NCBI GenBank assembly: GCA_951406725.2
Contig: OX597821.1
Location: forward strand, 111,724,001-111,788,000
Origin: Octopus vulgaris
Taxonomy: Eukaryota
DNA: 64,000 nt
Reading direction: 5' to 3'
The notes under the pieces were generated by a model. That model had not been told where the DNA came from and searched no databases. It saw only the letters and a program-made list of their open reading frames with translations. Below, piece by piece: positions 1 to 14,947 of this stretch; position 1 is the stretch's first letter, and every line of letters starts with the position of its first letter. The translations under genes were made by a program, and so were the position numbers.

Positions 1-409
1 GCTATTCTACGGTCCAACATTGGCCCTTTTTTTTTATCGATATCGAATGGATGAAGATAAAGTTAACTTTGGTGGGATTCGAACTCAAAGTGCAAAGTTG
101 GAACAAATACTGCGAAGCAGTCTATCCAACCTACATCAAACTCCAGTCCTTGATGTGATGTGATGGCTTGTATGAGAGCTAAGCCAGCGGACTGCAAGCT
201 CCTGGTAGCGTTTTCGATACTGGATAGGCCTAAGGACAGAAGCCAGACTAACATGGATCATCTCTTCTCAGTGATATAAATGGATTAACGTAGGGCCAAC
301 GACGCTATCTAGAAATAAAGTAACGTTACAGAAGCATTGATGATAGTTCAAAATCAAAAAGATTTGGATAGAGATGGTCTTCTCTCGGGAATACGTAACT
401 TGGTGCAGC

Positions 410-547
410 AAAATTCGAAAGAACTGAAGCAGAGCTGAAAAAGCAGGGATCCAGCTGGGGAGAAGCAGAAACGATAACTCAGAGTCGAGATGAGTGGAGA
501 CAAGTCGTCAAGGGCGTATGTTCAAGAGGGATTAAAGGGTTTAAGCA
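410..547 (+). mobile_element. 3' terminal fragment of an RTE-clade LINE
   Basis: Manual translation RTEAELKKQGSSWGEAETITQSRDEWRQVVKGVCSRG matches the typical RTE ORF C-terminus pattern (W..A....QDR..WR..V...C). Confidence 0.65.
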
Positions 548-689
548 AGGAGATAAGTAATTCTATCCGACTCTCCAACGTCTAAGCCAATTTGCCACTT
601 TTGTCCTTCGTTATACGACATGCAGCGAGTTGGGAGTCTCAAAGTTACACTGAGAATAGAATAGGGTTTCTTGATCTGGGAAACATCTA

Positions 690-900
690 AACCTTGAGAA
701 ACTATTAAAGCGAAATGTGTTACCCAAGGTTCAATACTCAGCCTACTATTATTTACGATCAACAAACAGCAGACGATGCTGCACTCTGCATGACGATAAA
801 GCATTGTTTGAAATACAGAACTGGGAACTAATCAATATGTAATATTTACAATGCTGGCTTTATTTAAATAAACTGGCCATAAAAACAAAGACAAGCAATC
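690..900 (+). mobile_element. Highly decayed LINE reverse transcriptase fragment (CR1/L2 group)
   Basis: Manual translation CVTQGSILSLLLFTIN, then (frameshifted) ADDAAL, resembles RT motifs GVPQGS.LGPLLF and YADD. Confidence 0.55.
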
Positions 901-1060
901 ATTGTTTGTTTAATTCAAGTGCTGGTCGTGGAAGTAGTAGGAGTGAGAGTAGTCATAAGACCATTGCCTGTTCAATGAGTGTAAGTGATACAGAGAAGAG
1001 ACTTGAATGGCTTATTCAATAACTCATCTTTTTCTAAATGATGTAGATGAAGTAGATGAC

Positions 1061-1097
<37 letters not shown>

Positions 1098-1547
1098 GAT
1101 GAAATTAAGTGGATTCAAGATGTTAATTTAATCAACTTAAAACATTTGAAAAATCTATCTTTGTTATAGAGAAATGGCAAAAGTCCCTTGCAATAAACGC
1201 ATTTATAAGCTTTTATCTCTCCCTCGTGACGCTACATCTAAATCATTATTATCTAGTTTCGAGGAGAAGGAAACAAAAATGCAAGTTAATCGATACGATG
1301 CTGCACCGAAAATCTTGATAAAAATGGCAATGAGGATGGAACAGAAGAAATATTCCAATAGTCCAAAGTGAACTTTTGTTGAAGAATTGCGCCGCTTTAA
1401 CTACAAGGGAATCGTTTCATGACCAACATTACTTCATTTATAAATAACTTCATAGAATATTTATTCCAAAATTTTTTCATGAAATAGTTGTAAAAGCTAA
1501 CAGGACTGGATTATAGACCGTTCTCCGACTAGACGGGATACATATAT

Positions 1548-1627
<80 letters not shown>

Positions 1628-1964
1628 GTGTGCATGTGTGTGTGTGTGTGTGCATGATTGTTATATTAGTGTACATGTAGGAGAAAACGTAAGATATCTC
1701 CCATCAGAAATTCTTCAGATAGAGCATCAAATAATACCTATTTTTTGATTCTCTGTCTGAAGAATTTCAAATAGGAGATGTCTTATATATTTTCTCCCCC
1801 ATGTACTTCTGTTATGTACTTCTATAATAGAAGTTTTGTAACTTCTATTAGCGAATGAAACACGTGTAATGGTGAATAGATAATACCAAAAAAAGAAAAA
1901 ATACCAATATCTTGTTTTAATTTCTAATAAATGTAGAATGCCATAAATTTTAATTAAAGGTATT

Positions 1965-3270
1965 GTCAATTAAATCGACGGTAGTATTTGACTGGTACTT
2001 TAAAGATTACAGAAAGATAAAAGGAAAAGTTGACCTTGGTGAGATTTGAACCCCGGCCGTAAACGACCTCAATTACATATCGCGAAGTATTTTTGTCTGG
2101 TGCTCTCTACGGTAGAGAGCTGGTAGAATCGTTAGCACGCCGGGAGAAATGCTTAGCAGCATTTCGTCCGCTGTTACGTTCTGAGTTCAAATTCTGCCGG
2201 GGTTGACTTTTCCTTTAATCCTTTCGGGGTCGATAAATTAAGTACCAGTTATGCACTGGGGTCGATGTAATCGACTTAATCCCTTTGTCTGTCCTTGTTT
2301 GTCCCCTCTATGTTTAGCCCCTGGTGGGCAATAAAGAAATAAGAAACGTCAGCACGCCGGGCGAAATGCTTAGCGGTATTTCGTCTGCGTTACGTTCTGA
2401 ATTCAAATTCCGTCGGGTTCGACTTTGCCTTTCATCCTTTTGTGGTCGATTAGATAAGTACCAGTTACGCACTAGGTTCGAAGTAATCGACTCAGCCCCT
2501 ACCCCTGAAATGCTGGCCTTGTGCTAAAATTAGAAACCAATGTATTCATAAGGCTTGAGATTTGGGGGGAAGGAATCAGTCGATTAATCAACTCCAGTAC
2601 CATACGGGTACGTTATGCCATCGATCCTAATAGGATGAAAGGCAAAATTTACCTCTGTGGGAATTGAACTCAGAACGAGTAGAGAAAGAAGAAACGTTGC
2701 TAACTTTTTTGTTCGACGCGCTAACGATTCTGCCATTTCGCCGCCTTAAGAAGAATCATAATAATTCTGTCTGAGTTTGGTACAGGGACAGTAATTTTGA
2801 AGGGAAGGGATAAGTCGATTACACAAGCGCCAGTACATAACTGGTACTTTATTATAGTGACCCCGAGAGGATGAAACGCAGAGGTGACCTCCGCGGGATT
2901 TGAGCTCCGGGCATCGTGAACCGGCAGAAATGCCGCTAAACATTTCGCCCGACAGGCCAACGATCCTGTCCGCTCGCCGCCTTAATAATACTTTCTGCTA
3001 TAGAGACAAGGCCTGAAATTTCGAGGAAGGGTATTAACCGATTACATCGACCTCAGTGCAATAATACTTTCTGCTATAGAGACAAGGCCTGAAATTTCGA
3101 GGAAGGGTATTAACCGATTACATCGACCTCAGTGCAAAAATGATATTTATTTCTCGACCGTTAAAGGATATAAGTCGATCTCAATGGTATTTGATCTCAG
3201 AACGTAAAGACGGACGAAGTAACGATAAGCATTTTGTTCGGCATGTTAACCATTCTGTCAGTTCGTCAGA
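1965..3270. mobile_element. Cluster of about 6 copies of tRNA-derived SINE family A in both orientations
   Basis: Repeated core GTTCTGAGTTCAAATTCCGCCGAGGTCGACTTTGCCTTTCATCCTTTCGGGGTCGATAAATTAAGTACCAG with A-box-like GAGCTGGCAGAA and B-box GAGTTCAAATT. Plus copies ~2113-2345 and ~2345-2540; minus copies ~1970-2110, 2550-2745, 2770-2983, 2984-3270. Confidence 0.85.
2984..3136. repeat. Exact 76-bp tandem duplication within a SINE A copy
   Basis: AATAATACTTTCTGCTATAGAGACAAGGCC...CGACCTCAGTGC starts at both 2984 and 3060. Confidence 0.9.
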
Positions 3271-3587
3271 CTCTTCATTTCTTTAAATTCTATTACACCC
3301 GGTCATATTATTATTAAGTTAGACACAGTCTAGATCTCATAGAAAACGAAAACCTATTAAAATATATGGAAGTTAAGTTATAAGTTTATATAACGTTAAT
3401 AAACAGAAATTTGTTCAATATTGCAGTATATCTCAGTCAAGTTTGAGCGGATGTAATATTAATAAACGATATTTTATACATGCTATTTCAAGAGCCTTTT
3501 TGGAGTTTTCTATGTTATTTCTGGTTTTTAAAAAAGAAATTTTTTTTTTTAAAGATATGAATGGTCTGGAAGACAGCTTATGCTAAG

Positions 3588-3675
<88 letters not shown>

Positions 3676-3855
3676 TAATGATAATAATAATAATAATGAT
3701 AATAATAATAATAATAATAATGGTGATGATGATGATAATAAAACACTCGCCTGTTTGATTGTTTAACTGCAAATGCCCCAGTTTTTCGATATACAATCGT
3801 TTACCTCACATATGTGATTTTGTTTTTTTTTATTCCTGCTGAATTATATTACCTG

Positions 3856-3913
<58 letters not shown>

Positions 3914-4019
3914 TTGTATATATGTTTGTATAGAAACACGCACACATACATACGCACGCACGTACACATATATCTATGCCTGTATCTCTTTCTATAAATA
4001 TACGTGTGTGTTGTGCAAG

Positions 4020-4050
<31 letters not shown>

Positions 4051-4437
4051 GTGTTTGTGTATACATGTATTTATATATGCACTGTGTGTGTGTGTGCTTT
4101 TTCACCAATTTATTGCAGATAGTCAAATGAAGCAACCGGCCGTTTATGTATGTATGTATGTATGTATGTATGTATGTATGTATGTGTCTGTGTGTGTATG
4201 TGCGTAAGTATCTACGAGGTTCAACCGTAGTTAAAGGAAGACGAAGAGGAAATTAAAAAAAAAACGTTTGTTATTCTTGGAATATGGCGGATAGTAATCC
4301 CAAACACAAAGTATTTGGCAATATGGCAGTACTCATAATTAAAATAATGATTTTCCATATTGGCACAAAAGCCAGACATTTTTTGAGCACTCATAGGACG
4401 ACGGTAGGGGGGGATAGTAATATAAACATATATATAC

Positions 4438-4558
<121 letters not shown>

Positions 4559-5469
4559 ATCAATTGCAATACAATAGTGTTGCCTATTTTATCGGCCCAG
4601 GAGGGTTGAGGCTAAAAGTCAGGATGGGAAGTAAAGTCACTGGGTTAGAATTAATAAAATTAATTAAAGAATATAGTTATATATTATATATTAGCCCAAC
4701 TAAAAGCTTGCTGATTAGGGTACTTCAGTGCGTTCTAGGGTAGGAGAGAACCTCGTAGTCGCACCTCCACGCCACGTCGGCGTATGCTTTCTCTTGGGTG
4801 TACGCAAAGGTTGAGTGGACATGACCTCGGTCGTGACTAACGGGGTAAGGAACAATACCAAGACTAGTTCTCGGTAGTCCCTTTTGAGAAGAATTGCAGA
4901 TTAGGATGGTCGGGCCTGGGCATCATAAGATTCCTTTCGATAAGGAAGCTCCGATTTCAGATCGCCGGAAGATGGAGTTTATGAATTTGGGTAGTACTGC
5001 GATCGTCTCTTTAAGGGAAGGAAATCGCGACAGAAAACCAATCCCATTTCAGGTTTTAAGGGCAGGGCATTGGGATGATCAACACAAGGTTCTAAAAACT
5101 TCTCATTATCGAAACCTCGGACACTATGAAGAATCCACATCACTTCAAAGAGGCAGTGGTTCTTAGCTAAGAAAGAGAAGTAGTCATGATGCGCTTGAGT
5201 GAAGAATTCGCGGAAAACCCAAGATCGTCTCGAAAACTATTGAAAAAGAGAGGCAGGTCGGTGGATGGAAATATGGAACCACGTGTAAACCACAATCGAC
5301 AAGGCAACATTAAGAGGGAAAGAGAGAGGATGAGAAGGAGAGAGGGACAAGGAGAGAGGGAGAAGGAGAGAGAGAGTGGTGAGAGATACAGCTTGGAAGA
5401 AAGAAGAAATATATATTAATATTCCGCAGTTTCACTTTATGTCCTTCGTCTCGAAGATATTCGTTTCGA

Positions 5470-5875
5470 ATTTTGGCATAAGACCAGGAATTTCGGGTTA
5501 AGGGTTACATCGACTCCAGTGCTCAACTTGTACTTATTTTATCGACCCCGAAATGAGTAAAGGCAAAGCTGACTTCGGTGGAATTTGAACACAGAACGTA
5601 AAGTCGAAGAAATGCCGCTAAGCATTTTGTCTAACGCAGAAACGATTCATTAGTTCACTTCAAATATATTATTATTATTATTAGACTCAGCAAGGCAGAG
5701 AAATGACAGAAATATCAGCATGACGAACAAAATGCTCGGCGGCATTTCGTCTGTCTTCACGTTCTGAGTTCACATTCCGACGAGGTCGAATTTGTCTTTC
5801 ATCCTTTCGCGGGTCGATAAAATTGTGATCGACTTTCCCCACTTCCCGCAAAACTCCGTTACTTGTGCCTTTACC
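5470..5875. mobile_element. Two SINE A copies, head-to-head (minus ~5470-5650, plus ~5690-5875)
   Basis: Same family-A core as at 2113 and 23165. Confidence 0.75.
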
Positions 5876-6044
5876 AATAACAATTTTGAGGATCAGTTCA
5901 ATTGTTACATCGTTAAACTTGACTAGTGATGCTTGGTGTCACTTTTGACAAATAATATGTGTTCTACAATACCAAGTAGGCTTTCAGTTCGTTTTATATA
6001 TGTATGTGCGTGTATGTATGTTTGTATGTATGTATGTGTGTGTT

Positions 6045-6087
<43 letters not shown>

Positions 6088-6119
6088 ATGTATATGTATA
6101 TATACATAGGATACATATA

Positions 6120-6500
6120 TAGGGTAGCGAATATTCGTTATAAATATCACTACCAGTGGCCTAGCATGTATAAATAGTCAATAGACAGCATATTCATATT
6201 TCAAAATAGTGTACATTTAAACACAAAAGAAAATTACCTTTTAACAGGTAATTTTTACATGCTAGAAGAGCAGCCAACACGGCCAAAACCACGATTTAAT
6301 AGCAATTTTCGTAGGAAATGAAAAATAAAAACTTTTACCTTGTTATTTTTATAAAAAGGGAAAAGTTTTTATTTTTCATTCCTTCAAAAATTGCTATTAA
6401 ATCGTGGTTCTAGCCGTGTTGGCTGCTTCTTCTAGCATGTAAAAATTACCTATTAAAAGGTAATTTTCTTTTGTATTTAAATGTACACTATTTTAATGTA
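6120..6500. repeat. Fold-back element: leader motif plus imperfect ~145-bp-arm palindrome (6203-6494)
   Basis: AAAATAGTGTACATTTAAA...CATGCTAGAAGAGCAGCCAACACGG is mirrored by CCGTGTTGGCTGC..TTCTAGCATG...TTTAAATGTACACTATTTT. Leader ACCAGTGGCCTAGCAT at 6152-6167. TA-rich microsatellite on the left. Confidence 0.85.
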
Positions 6501-7248
6501 TGTATGTATAGAGGCCATCCGGATTCCCGTTTGCGCCGTGAACATGGATTAATCTTCTCTCTTCGATCTTTCACGCCATTTGGTCTCAACTCACCCCCCT
6601 TTTCATCTAACCCCCCACCCCGACTCCTACTTCTCTTCAGTCCTTCATCTTTTCACCCCTACTCTCTTTCCCTCCTTTCCCTTCTTCCCTCTTCTTCTTT
6701 CTTCTTTCTTATTTCCTCTTCCCCCTCTCTTTCTCTCTGCTCCCTCACTCCCTTCTCTTCCCCTCATCCTCCTCTCCCTCTCCCTCCTCTTCCTCTCCCC
6801 TCCTCTCCTCTCCTTTTCCCCTCCCCTTCTCCTCCCCTTCTCCTCCCCTTCCCCTTTTCATCTCCTCCTCTCCTTCTTTCTCCTCCCCTCCTCCTTCTCT
6901 TCTTCTCCTCCTCCTCCTCTCCTTCCTTCTCCTCCCCCTCCACCATACTCTCCCCCACACCACACTACACTACACCATACGACATTACACATCACATCAT
7001 ACATACATACACACGTCCAAACCACCAGCCCTCTTCCACATGCACATATATACTCTCTTATGCACACACGCACCTTCAGGTTGGAGCGAGGTCACTTGAC
7101 CCTTTTATCTCCCCTACTATCCCTCTAGTGTCTAACGTCTGACCTCTAACGTTTGACCTCCGATCTCTGACTTCTGAAATCAGAACGCCATGTTGAATCG
7201 TCAGCCCCTACATGCAATTTTTTTCTCTCCTTGTTTCTTTTCTGTGTA

Positions 7249-7286
7249 TCTTTCTGTTGAAGAGCGTAGGCTCGAAACGTAAAAGA
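7249..7286 (+). ncRNA. Minimal type I hammerhead ribozyme-like motif (CUGUUGA core variant) in a short PLE-like repeat
   Basis: TCTTT-CTGTTGA-A-GAGC(GTAG)GCTC-GAA-ACGT-A-AAAGA: stem I TCTTT/AAAGA, stem II GAGC/GCTC, palindromic stem III ACGT, GUA cleavage triplet. A decayed second copy follows at ~7552-7587. Confidence 0.6.
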
Positions 7287-7400
7287 CTTGTATTATTTCT
7301 ATTCCTGAGCGCCATACTAATACATTATTTGTTTGTACTCCACCTGCCTTCGTCTTTTGTTTATTTTCATAAACCTTCCCGTTATATATATATATGTATG

Positions 7401-7487
<87 letters not shown>

Positions 7488-7675
7488 ATTAATGATTGAC
7501 CGCTAGCTCCTAAAGTTGTTTATTCTCTCTCTGTTTATTTCCTCGAGTTCCTTTCTTTTGAAGAGCGTAGGCTCGAAAGGTAAAACACTTTCTCAACTTC
7601 TCGAGCGTTAAACTAATACACTTGTTTGTTGTTTATACACTTGTCATCGTCTTTTGTTTTTCTGTATATTTCAAC

Positions 7676-7718
<43 letters not shown>

Positions 7719-7727
7719 CTATGTATC

Positions 7728-7763
<36 letters not shown>

Positions 7764-8389
7764 ACACCATCTTTCAGTTAAAACCCATTCTGAAAGAGGG
7801 TGAGACGACCGATGGCGGTGGCGGTAGCGCGATGACAGTGATGGTGACGACGGCAATGATGGCGGCGACGAACATTATTACCGTACTGATACTTAATCGG
7901 CACCTAAATATATGAATAAATAAATAAATGCAGGCGTCACTCGTGGAATTTGAACACTCTAATACTTTTGACAATTTGTCGCTTTATTCAGTAGCAATTA
8001 ATCTAGCTTCGGCCTTTTGGCTTTATTGTAAGTACGTGATGTTTTGCAATGAACATCTTGTCACATGGCAACAGCAATGTACGTCTTAGAAAATATGGAT
8101 TGCTGGAATCTTTAGGGCGTCAGCTAGAATGTGCTGCAGTATTTTGTCTAGCTCTTAACGATCTGTATTCGGTTACTGCATCGGAGATCAACTTAACCTT
8201 TTCTGCTTTTGGTGGTTGATAAATAAACACAAGCCAAATACTGGCTTAAGACATGGCCGCCCTCACGCACTTCTCATGAGGAATTCCGGAAGGAGCTTCG
8301 TGAGACAACTGCAGAGACGTTTCCAGAAAAAAAAAATTCCAGTAACCGTTGGAAAACAAATTACAGCAGTGACTCGATCGATTCCTAAC

Positions 8390-8434
8390 GATATCTGAAG
8401 AAGGAATTTTTGCATTCCGAAATATTATTATATC
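8390..8434 (+). ncRNA. Minimal type I hammerhead ribozyme motif (canonical core)
   Basis: GATAT-CTGAAGA-A-GGAAT(TTTTGC)ATTCC-GAA-AT(ATT)AT-T-ATATC: stems I and II pair perfectly. Confidence 0.65.
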
Positions 8435-8518
8435 AGACTATCGATAATTAAATTATAACAGTTATTATAGTCCACTCTGCATTGGTGTGCCATTCAAAAC
8501 ACGTTAAATTCTTTTTCA

Positions 8519-8550
<32 letters not shown>

Positions 8551-8884
8551 TCCTCTCCCTCTCTCTCTCTTTCTCTCTCCCACTGTTATGTACGCTTTTC
8601 CCTCTAGCAGAAATCAGCTCTGCTGAGACTTTTTAGAGGGATGGTCTCTGACATGTTTAAAATGCCCAGGCCAAGAGGTATGTTAAAAAGCGCCCTCCAC
8701 AACGCCGTCAAGAGGTTAAATGTCCCATTCATAATCTTAGAATATATATATTCAAATACAGCTAATAAACTAGACGTTATGATATGGGTTTCAAATTTTG
8801 GCACAAAACCAGTAACTTCAGTCTTGTGCCAGAATTATTAATAATTATAATAAGAGATAATAATAATAATAATAATAATAATAA

Positions 8885-9080
8885 TCCCTTCTACTATAGG
8901 CACACGGTTTGGAATTTTGGGGGAAGGATGTAGTCGATTATTGACCGATTGATCGACTGCGAAAGAGATGTAAAACAAAGTCGACCTCGGCAGAATTTGA
9001 ACTCAGAACGTTAAGACAGACGAAATACTGCTAAGCATTTTGGTCGGCGTGCTAATAAATCTGCCAGCTCGCCGCCTCAG
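8885..9080 (-). mobile_element. SINE family A copy
   Basis: Reverse complement of the family-A head and core, with a (TAA)n tract at its 3' end. Confidence 0.75.
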
Positions 9081-9728
9081 ATTATCGTTATAATATCAAT
9101 GTTGCAGTATTCAAACGCAACCCGGATCAGGGTAAATTTTAACTTGTATTCTTCCGTCGTCGATAAAATAATTTCCAGTGAATCACTTGTTCCATTGCTT
9201 GAAGCGAGGAGACTCTTGTGACAGAGACCCTCATAATAGCCCCAAATTGCCGAGTATCTCTCCTAGCGTAAGAAACCAAGAGAGGCCCCCTAGAATTAGT
9301 GGGATTTTGAATAAAAGGGAGACCGAAACACTTTCACCTACAAGGATAATCTTGAGCCAAAGTAAAAGGAATCAATAATGCAAGACATGATAGCTTTGGT
9401 TTTAGAACTGAAAATGGTCAGGGAATAAAATAAATCTCATTTATGTTGTTAATTATTCCTGAGGAATGAAAGAAATATGGTCATGTCTTAGTCTAGAATT
9501 AAGCCAAACCTAGTATTGGGGTGAAGTGGGGGGAAGAAAAAATGGTGGATAATAGATGAAGGGTGTCAAGTCTTGTATAATCAGAGACAATTATATAGAA
9601 TGGTTACAATTGGGAGACACTGTTTATTGGAGTTTTAGAGTTAAAGAAATAAATGGTGAGAAAAATTTGTTGGCACCATTTTCAAATCTCACTGCGCACA
9701 AAATTCATATCTTATAAGTGTGCATACA

Positions 9729-9764
<36 letters not shown>

Positions 9765-9842
9765 GGTATACGTATACGTAAATATGTAGGTATGTATATA
9801 TATATATGGGTATGCATGTATATATATATATGAGTGTATATG

Positions 9843-9915
<73 letters not shown>

Positions 9916-10364
9916 TATGTATGTATGTATGTATGCATATAAATATATATGCATACATATACGAAAATATGTATATGGAAAAGATTTGCAAAATTGTCAT
10001 AACGATCTTATATATTCTGTGCAAGATTTTATTCTTTAATAACTAATATTGGAGACCGACCATAAAGAACAAAACAAAAGCAAAGAAAAAAAAGCAAGAA
10101 ACAAATTGCTGTAGCATAACGCCTCCCTTCCTCTTTCTATTTCGCCACATCTCTAAAGGGGACTCGGCAATTCACTTATAGCCCAAATATTGATCTGAAG
10201 TCGAATGTTAGGGAAGTTACTTCCCCTTCCGCAGCTCTCCACTCATCTCGGACTACGCACTAAAAGATATATTCTTACTTTTCTTCCAGTGGAATAGGAA
10301 AGATTTATTTCATACATACATACACACATACATACATACACACACACATACATACATACATACA

Positions 10365-10397
<33 letters not shown>

Positions 10398-10491
10398 TAT
10401 ACATATGCATGTATATATGGTGAATAACGAACGTCAAATTCAATAAACCATTTGTCATTCACATTCATATTCGTATTCCTGAATCCATCTA

Positions 10492-10525
<34 letters not shown>

Positions 10526-10551
10526 AATATATATATATTATCTGTCTGTCA

Positions 10552-10599
<48 letters not shown>

Positions 10600-10678
10600 C
10601 TCTATCTATCTGTGTCTCTGTCTGTCTGTCTATTTGTCTATCTAGCTCTCTCTTTTACTCTGTCTCTCCTTCTCTTTA

Positions 10679-10723
<45 letters not shown>

Positions 10724-10895
10724 GGGGTGGGGTCCATCAGCCAAGTAGTTATTCAACCATCTCTATCTTTCTATCAACCTCAATATTTATTTATCCATCT
10801 AGCTCTCTATCTATCTAATAATCTATCCATCTATCTACCTACTTATATTGTATCTAATTATCTATACATCAACACATCTACCTATCTCTATAATC

Positions 10896-10975
<80 letters not shown>

Positions 10976-11556
10976 GTCTGTCTGTTTGTCTCTCTATTCA
11001 TTTATCAATTTACCTACCTACATATTAATCTATCTCTTTTTAGTGTGGACAAATGGAATTTTATGAGCGAAAAATCACTTGTGCTTCCTAAATCGGAAAT
11101 CTATTAAGAAATACGCATGGCTTGTTTCAGATACGATGTTAATTTAGCGAGTGGTCGGTCAAAAAAGCTTTTGCTTCGAGTTGCTGCGTATATACAACGT
11201 GACACGTACATAGCAATGATCAACATGAACCGTATTGGAGAGTTTGGGGTTGCTTATGAATATAATGGCGTATGGACGAAGAATTCTGATATGATAAGAG
11301 CTGAGATCTGGGTTCCATATTCTCTGGTTTACTCTTTCAACAAACTATTTATATCTTTATTTCGTATTATTTGCGTGTAGGCATACATACATACATACAT
11401 ATATATATACGTACATACACACCCATATACATACATACATAAATACATACATACATACGTAGATACATATTTGTCTGTGTGTCTTTCGCCACGTGGTGGT
11501 ATTAAGTTAGACATAACCTGAGCCAATACTGACCAGAACATATCAAAGTATCAATG

Positions 11557-11935
<379 letters not shown>

Positions 11936-11950
11936 GTGTGTACCCCCCCC

Positions 11951-12073
<123 letters not shown>

Positions 12074-12144
12074 TAAATTAGAGATAAAACCACTATTAGG
12101 CAAATCAAACAGTGAAAAACATAAGCCAATACATAAAATTAATT

Positions 12145-12194
<50 letters not shown>

Positions 12195-12444
12195 GGTGTT
12201 GGCATGGCTGTGGGTAAGAAACTTGCTTTCCAATCAAGCGATACCGGGTTCAGTCCCACTGCGAGGCAGCTTGAGTAAGTGCCTTCTACTATAGCTTTGG
12301 GCCCACCAAACCTTTGTGAGTGGATTTGGTAGACAGAGACTGAAAGAAGCCTCTTGTGTACATATGAATGATCGTTAGCTACTACACACATTTTTCTCTC
12401 CTATTTTTCTCTCCTTGTTTTCTCTCCTTGTTTTTTCTGTGTCC

Positions 12445-12480
12445 CTTTCTGTAGAAGAGCGTAGGCTTGAAACGTAAAAG
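12445..12480 (+). ncRNA. Minimal hammerhead-like motif (CUGUAGA variant) in a short repeat (~12360-12575)
   Basis: CTTT-CTGTAGA-A-GAGC(GTAG)GCTT-GAA-ACGT-A-AAAG. Same family as 7249 and 48368. Confidence 0.55.
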
Positions 12481-12657
12481 ACTTTTTCTATCCCTGAGCG
12501 TTATACTAATATATCTGTTTGTTTTGTACACCACTTGTCTTCGTCTTTTGCTTTTTTTCGTAAACTCTCCTTATATATATACGTGTGTGTGTGTGTGTCC
12601 CGGAGGGTGACAACGGGTGTTAGTATGTTTACATCTCCGTAATATATACATACATAC

Positions 12658-13065
12658 ATGTAGGAGTGGCTGTGTGGTAAGTAGCTTGCTAACCAACCAC
12701 ACGGTTCCGGGTTCAGTCCCATTGCGTGGCACCTTGGGCAAGTGTCTTCTGCTATAGCCCCGGGCCGACCAATGCCTTGTGAGTGGATTTGGTAGACGGA
12801 AACTGAAAGAAGCCTGTCGTATATATGTATATATATATATGTGTGTGCGTGTATGGTTGTGTGTCTGTGTTTGTCCCCCTAGCATTGCTTGACAACCGAT
12901 GCTAGTGTGTTTACGTCCCCGTTACTTAGCGGTTCGGCAAAAGAGACCGATAGAATAAGTACTGGGCTTACAAAAGAATAAGTCCCGGGGTCGAATTGCT
13001 CGATTAAAGGCGGTGCTCCAGCATGGCCGGAGTCAAATGACTGAAACAAGTAAAAGAGTAAAAGA
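12658..13065 (+). mobile_element. Full-length SINE family B (a partial copy also at ~12193-12355)
   Basis: Head GGAGTGGCTGTGTGGTAAG...GGGTTCAGTCCC (A/B-box-like), body GGCACCTTGGGCAAGTGTCTT, internal TA/TG tract, tail TGACTGAAACAAGTAAAAGAG. Confidence 0.85.
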
Positions 13066-13066
13066 G

Positions 13067-13121
<55 letters not shown>

Positions 13122-14668
13122 ATATGTATATATATATATATATATATATCAGAGCATATTGGTTTCATAATTCGGTAAAATATTTAAAATTTATCGATGT
13201 AGCGTCTCTTTCATCGCCTCAGAGTCTAAGCAATAACTACCAGACATATATTGGTGTTCGATTCACAATTTATTGACAACAGTTTCAGATCCGCTCCAAA
13301 TTGAATCGAGTGCTATCTGTGTCGGGTACTCGTTTTTATTGATTTTTGAAGCCGATATAAAACATAATTGACTTCACACCAGAATTTAAACACCACAGAA
13401 CATAAAATAGAAAAACTAAATTCCAAAACATATTTTCTTCGAGGGGGAAAGAGCAAAATGGAGAATGTAAATAAATTTGGTAACTGAATATTGGTTGATC
13501 TCCTGTCTATGTACCTTCGAAGTCTTTAAGCAAATAAATTCATATCAGAATTATATTTTTTAACGTTGTGTTTCTAGTTTCCTTGTTCTCTTTTTTTTCC
13601 AGCTTGAAGATGATCATTTTTTTTTTTAAAAAAGAGTTGTTTTATATTTTCCTTTTTTGTGACTATAAAAAAAATATGGTTCGATGTTTTTGTTTTATTA
13701 TATTTTGTTTGTTTTCCTGTTATCAAAGTGTCAAAAATTATTGATGACTTCCCCAGTTTCTTTTTTGTTTAATCTATAGAGTATAAATAATATATACAAT
13801 CTCTGTGTGCGTATGTGTCTTCTGGTGTCTGGTGGTATTAGCTGATCGTCATATGCGGATGGATGGGTGGTGTTATTTGACAGGAATATTCGACGACTCC
13901 GTGATGTCCAGGAGATAGATACATCACTGTTAAAAAGTATAAATGCATTAAAATATGATTTATTACATTAATACAAGTTAAAGCCATTCGTAAAGAAACA
14001 AAGTCATTTAAATCAACGTATTTACATGTTTTATAGACACCGGAAGTGATAAAAGCCAAAGTCCATTCCGATACGATTTTATGTCCGAAATACGAAACTA
14101 AATACAGTTACGGGCTTCGACTGCTATTCAATCAATTTTTTTTTTCACTCCGCTTCCTTTTGACTAAATTAAAATATAATCATAATATAGAAGGAAAATT
14201 AATGAACAAGTTGTGTAATATGCAATTGGCAAGTTTGCTTCGCAACAACGTCGTTCCGATTTCAATCCCCCTGCACGGCACCTTAGGCTAGAGTTTTCTT
14301 TTATCTAAAGCTAAATGGTGCAAGCAACAGACAAATTCCAGCCTTATTAATCTGCCTCAGCGAAATACACATACACACACACAGACAAACAACCACAGTA
14401 CGGATGGTAGTTCACCAGTTGTACTCACTTCACAACCACGTGACTCTGTGGGTTCAGTCCCGCACCGCAGTATCTTTAGCAAGTGCCTACTACTATGGTC
14501 CAGGGCCTACCAATACTTTCTGAGTGAATTTGGTACATACAAAATGTGTGGAGGCCTGTCATATATAAATATAAATGTGTGTGTGTGTGTGTGCGTGTGT
14601 GTGTGTGTATGTGTGTGTGTGTGTGTGTGTGTGTAGAGTGTCTGAAGTGGTGTACAAATATTGTAGAG

Positions 14669-14761
14669 GAAGAAAAAGGAGACCGTCAGAATTTTGAATA
14701 ATTCTTTCGAACGAAAACGCTAATAAAAATTATCCAAAATTCTGGCTGCCTCCTGTTTCTT
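14669..14761. repeat. Short imperfect fold-back next to (TA)n
   Basis: AAGAAAAAGGAGACCGTCAGAATTTTGAATAATT versus AATTATCCAAAATTCTGGCTGCCTCCTGTTTCTT (near reverse complements). Confidence 0.65.
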
Positions 14762-14872
14762 GATATATATATATATATATACTGCGGTGATCCAGCATGG
14801 CCACAACCTTAGGGCTGAAACATATAAAAGAATATATATATATACATATATACATATATTTATATTTATATA

Positions 14873-14947
<75 letters not shown>

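Noticed and set aside
8608-8677. Possible plus-strand 70-nt exon (TAGCAG acceptor, GTATGT donor, QKSALLRLFRGMVSDMFKMPRPR)
   Set aside because: No recognisable protein similarity and no partner exons, so chance splice-like motifs cannot be excluded.
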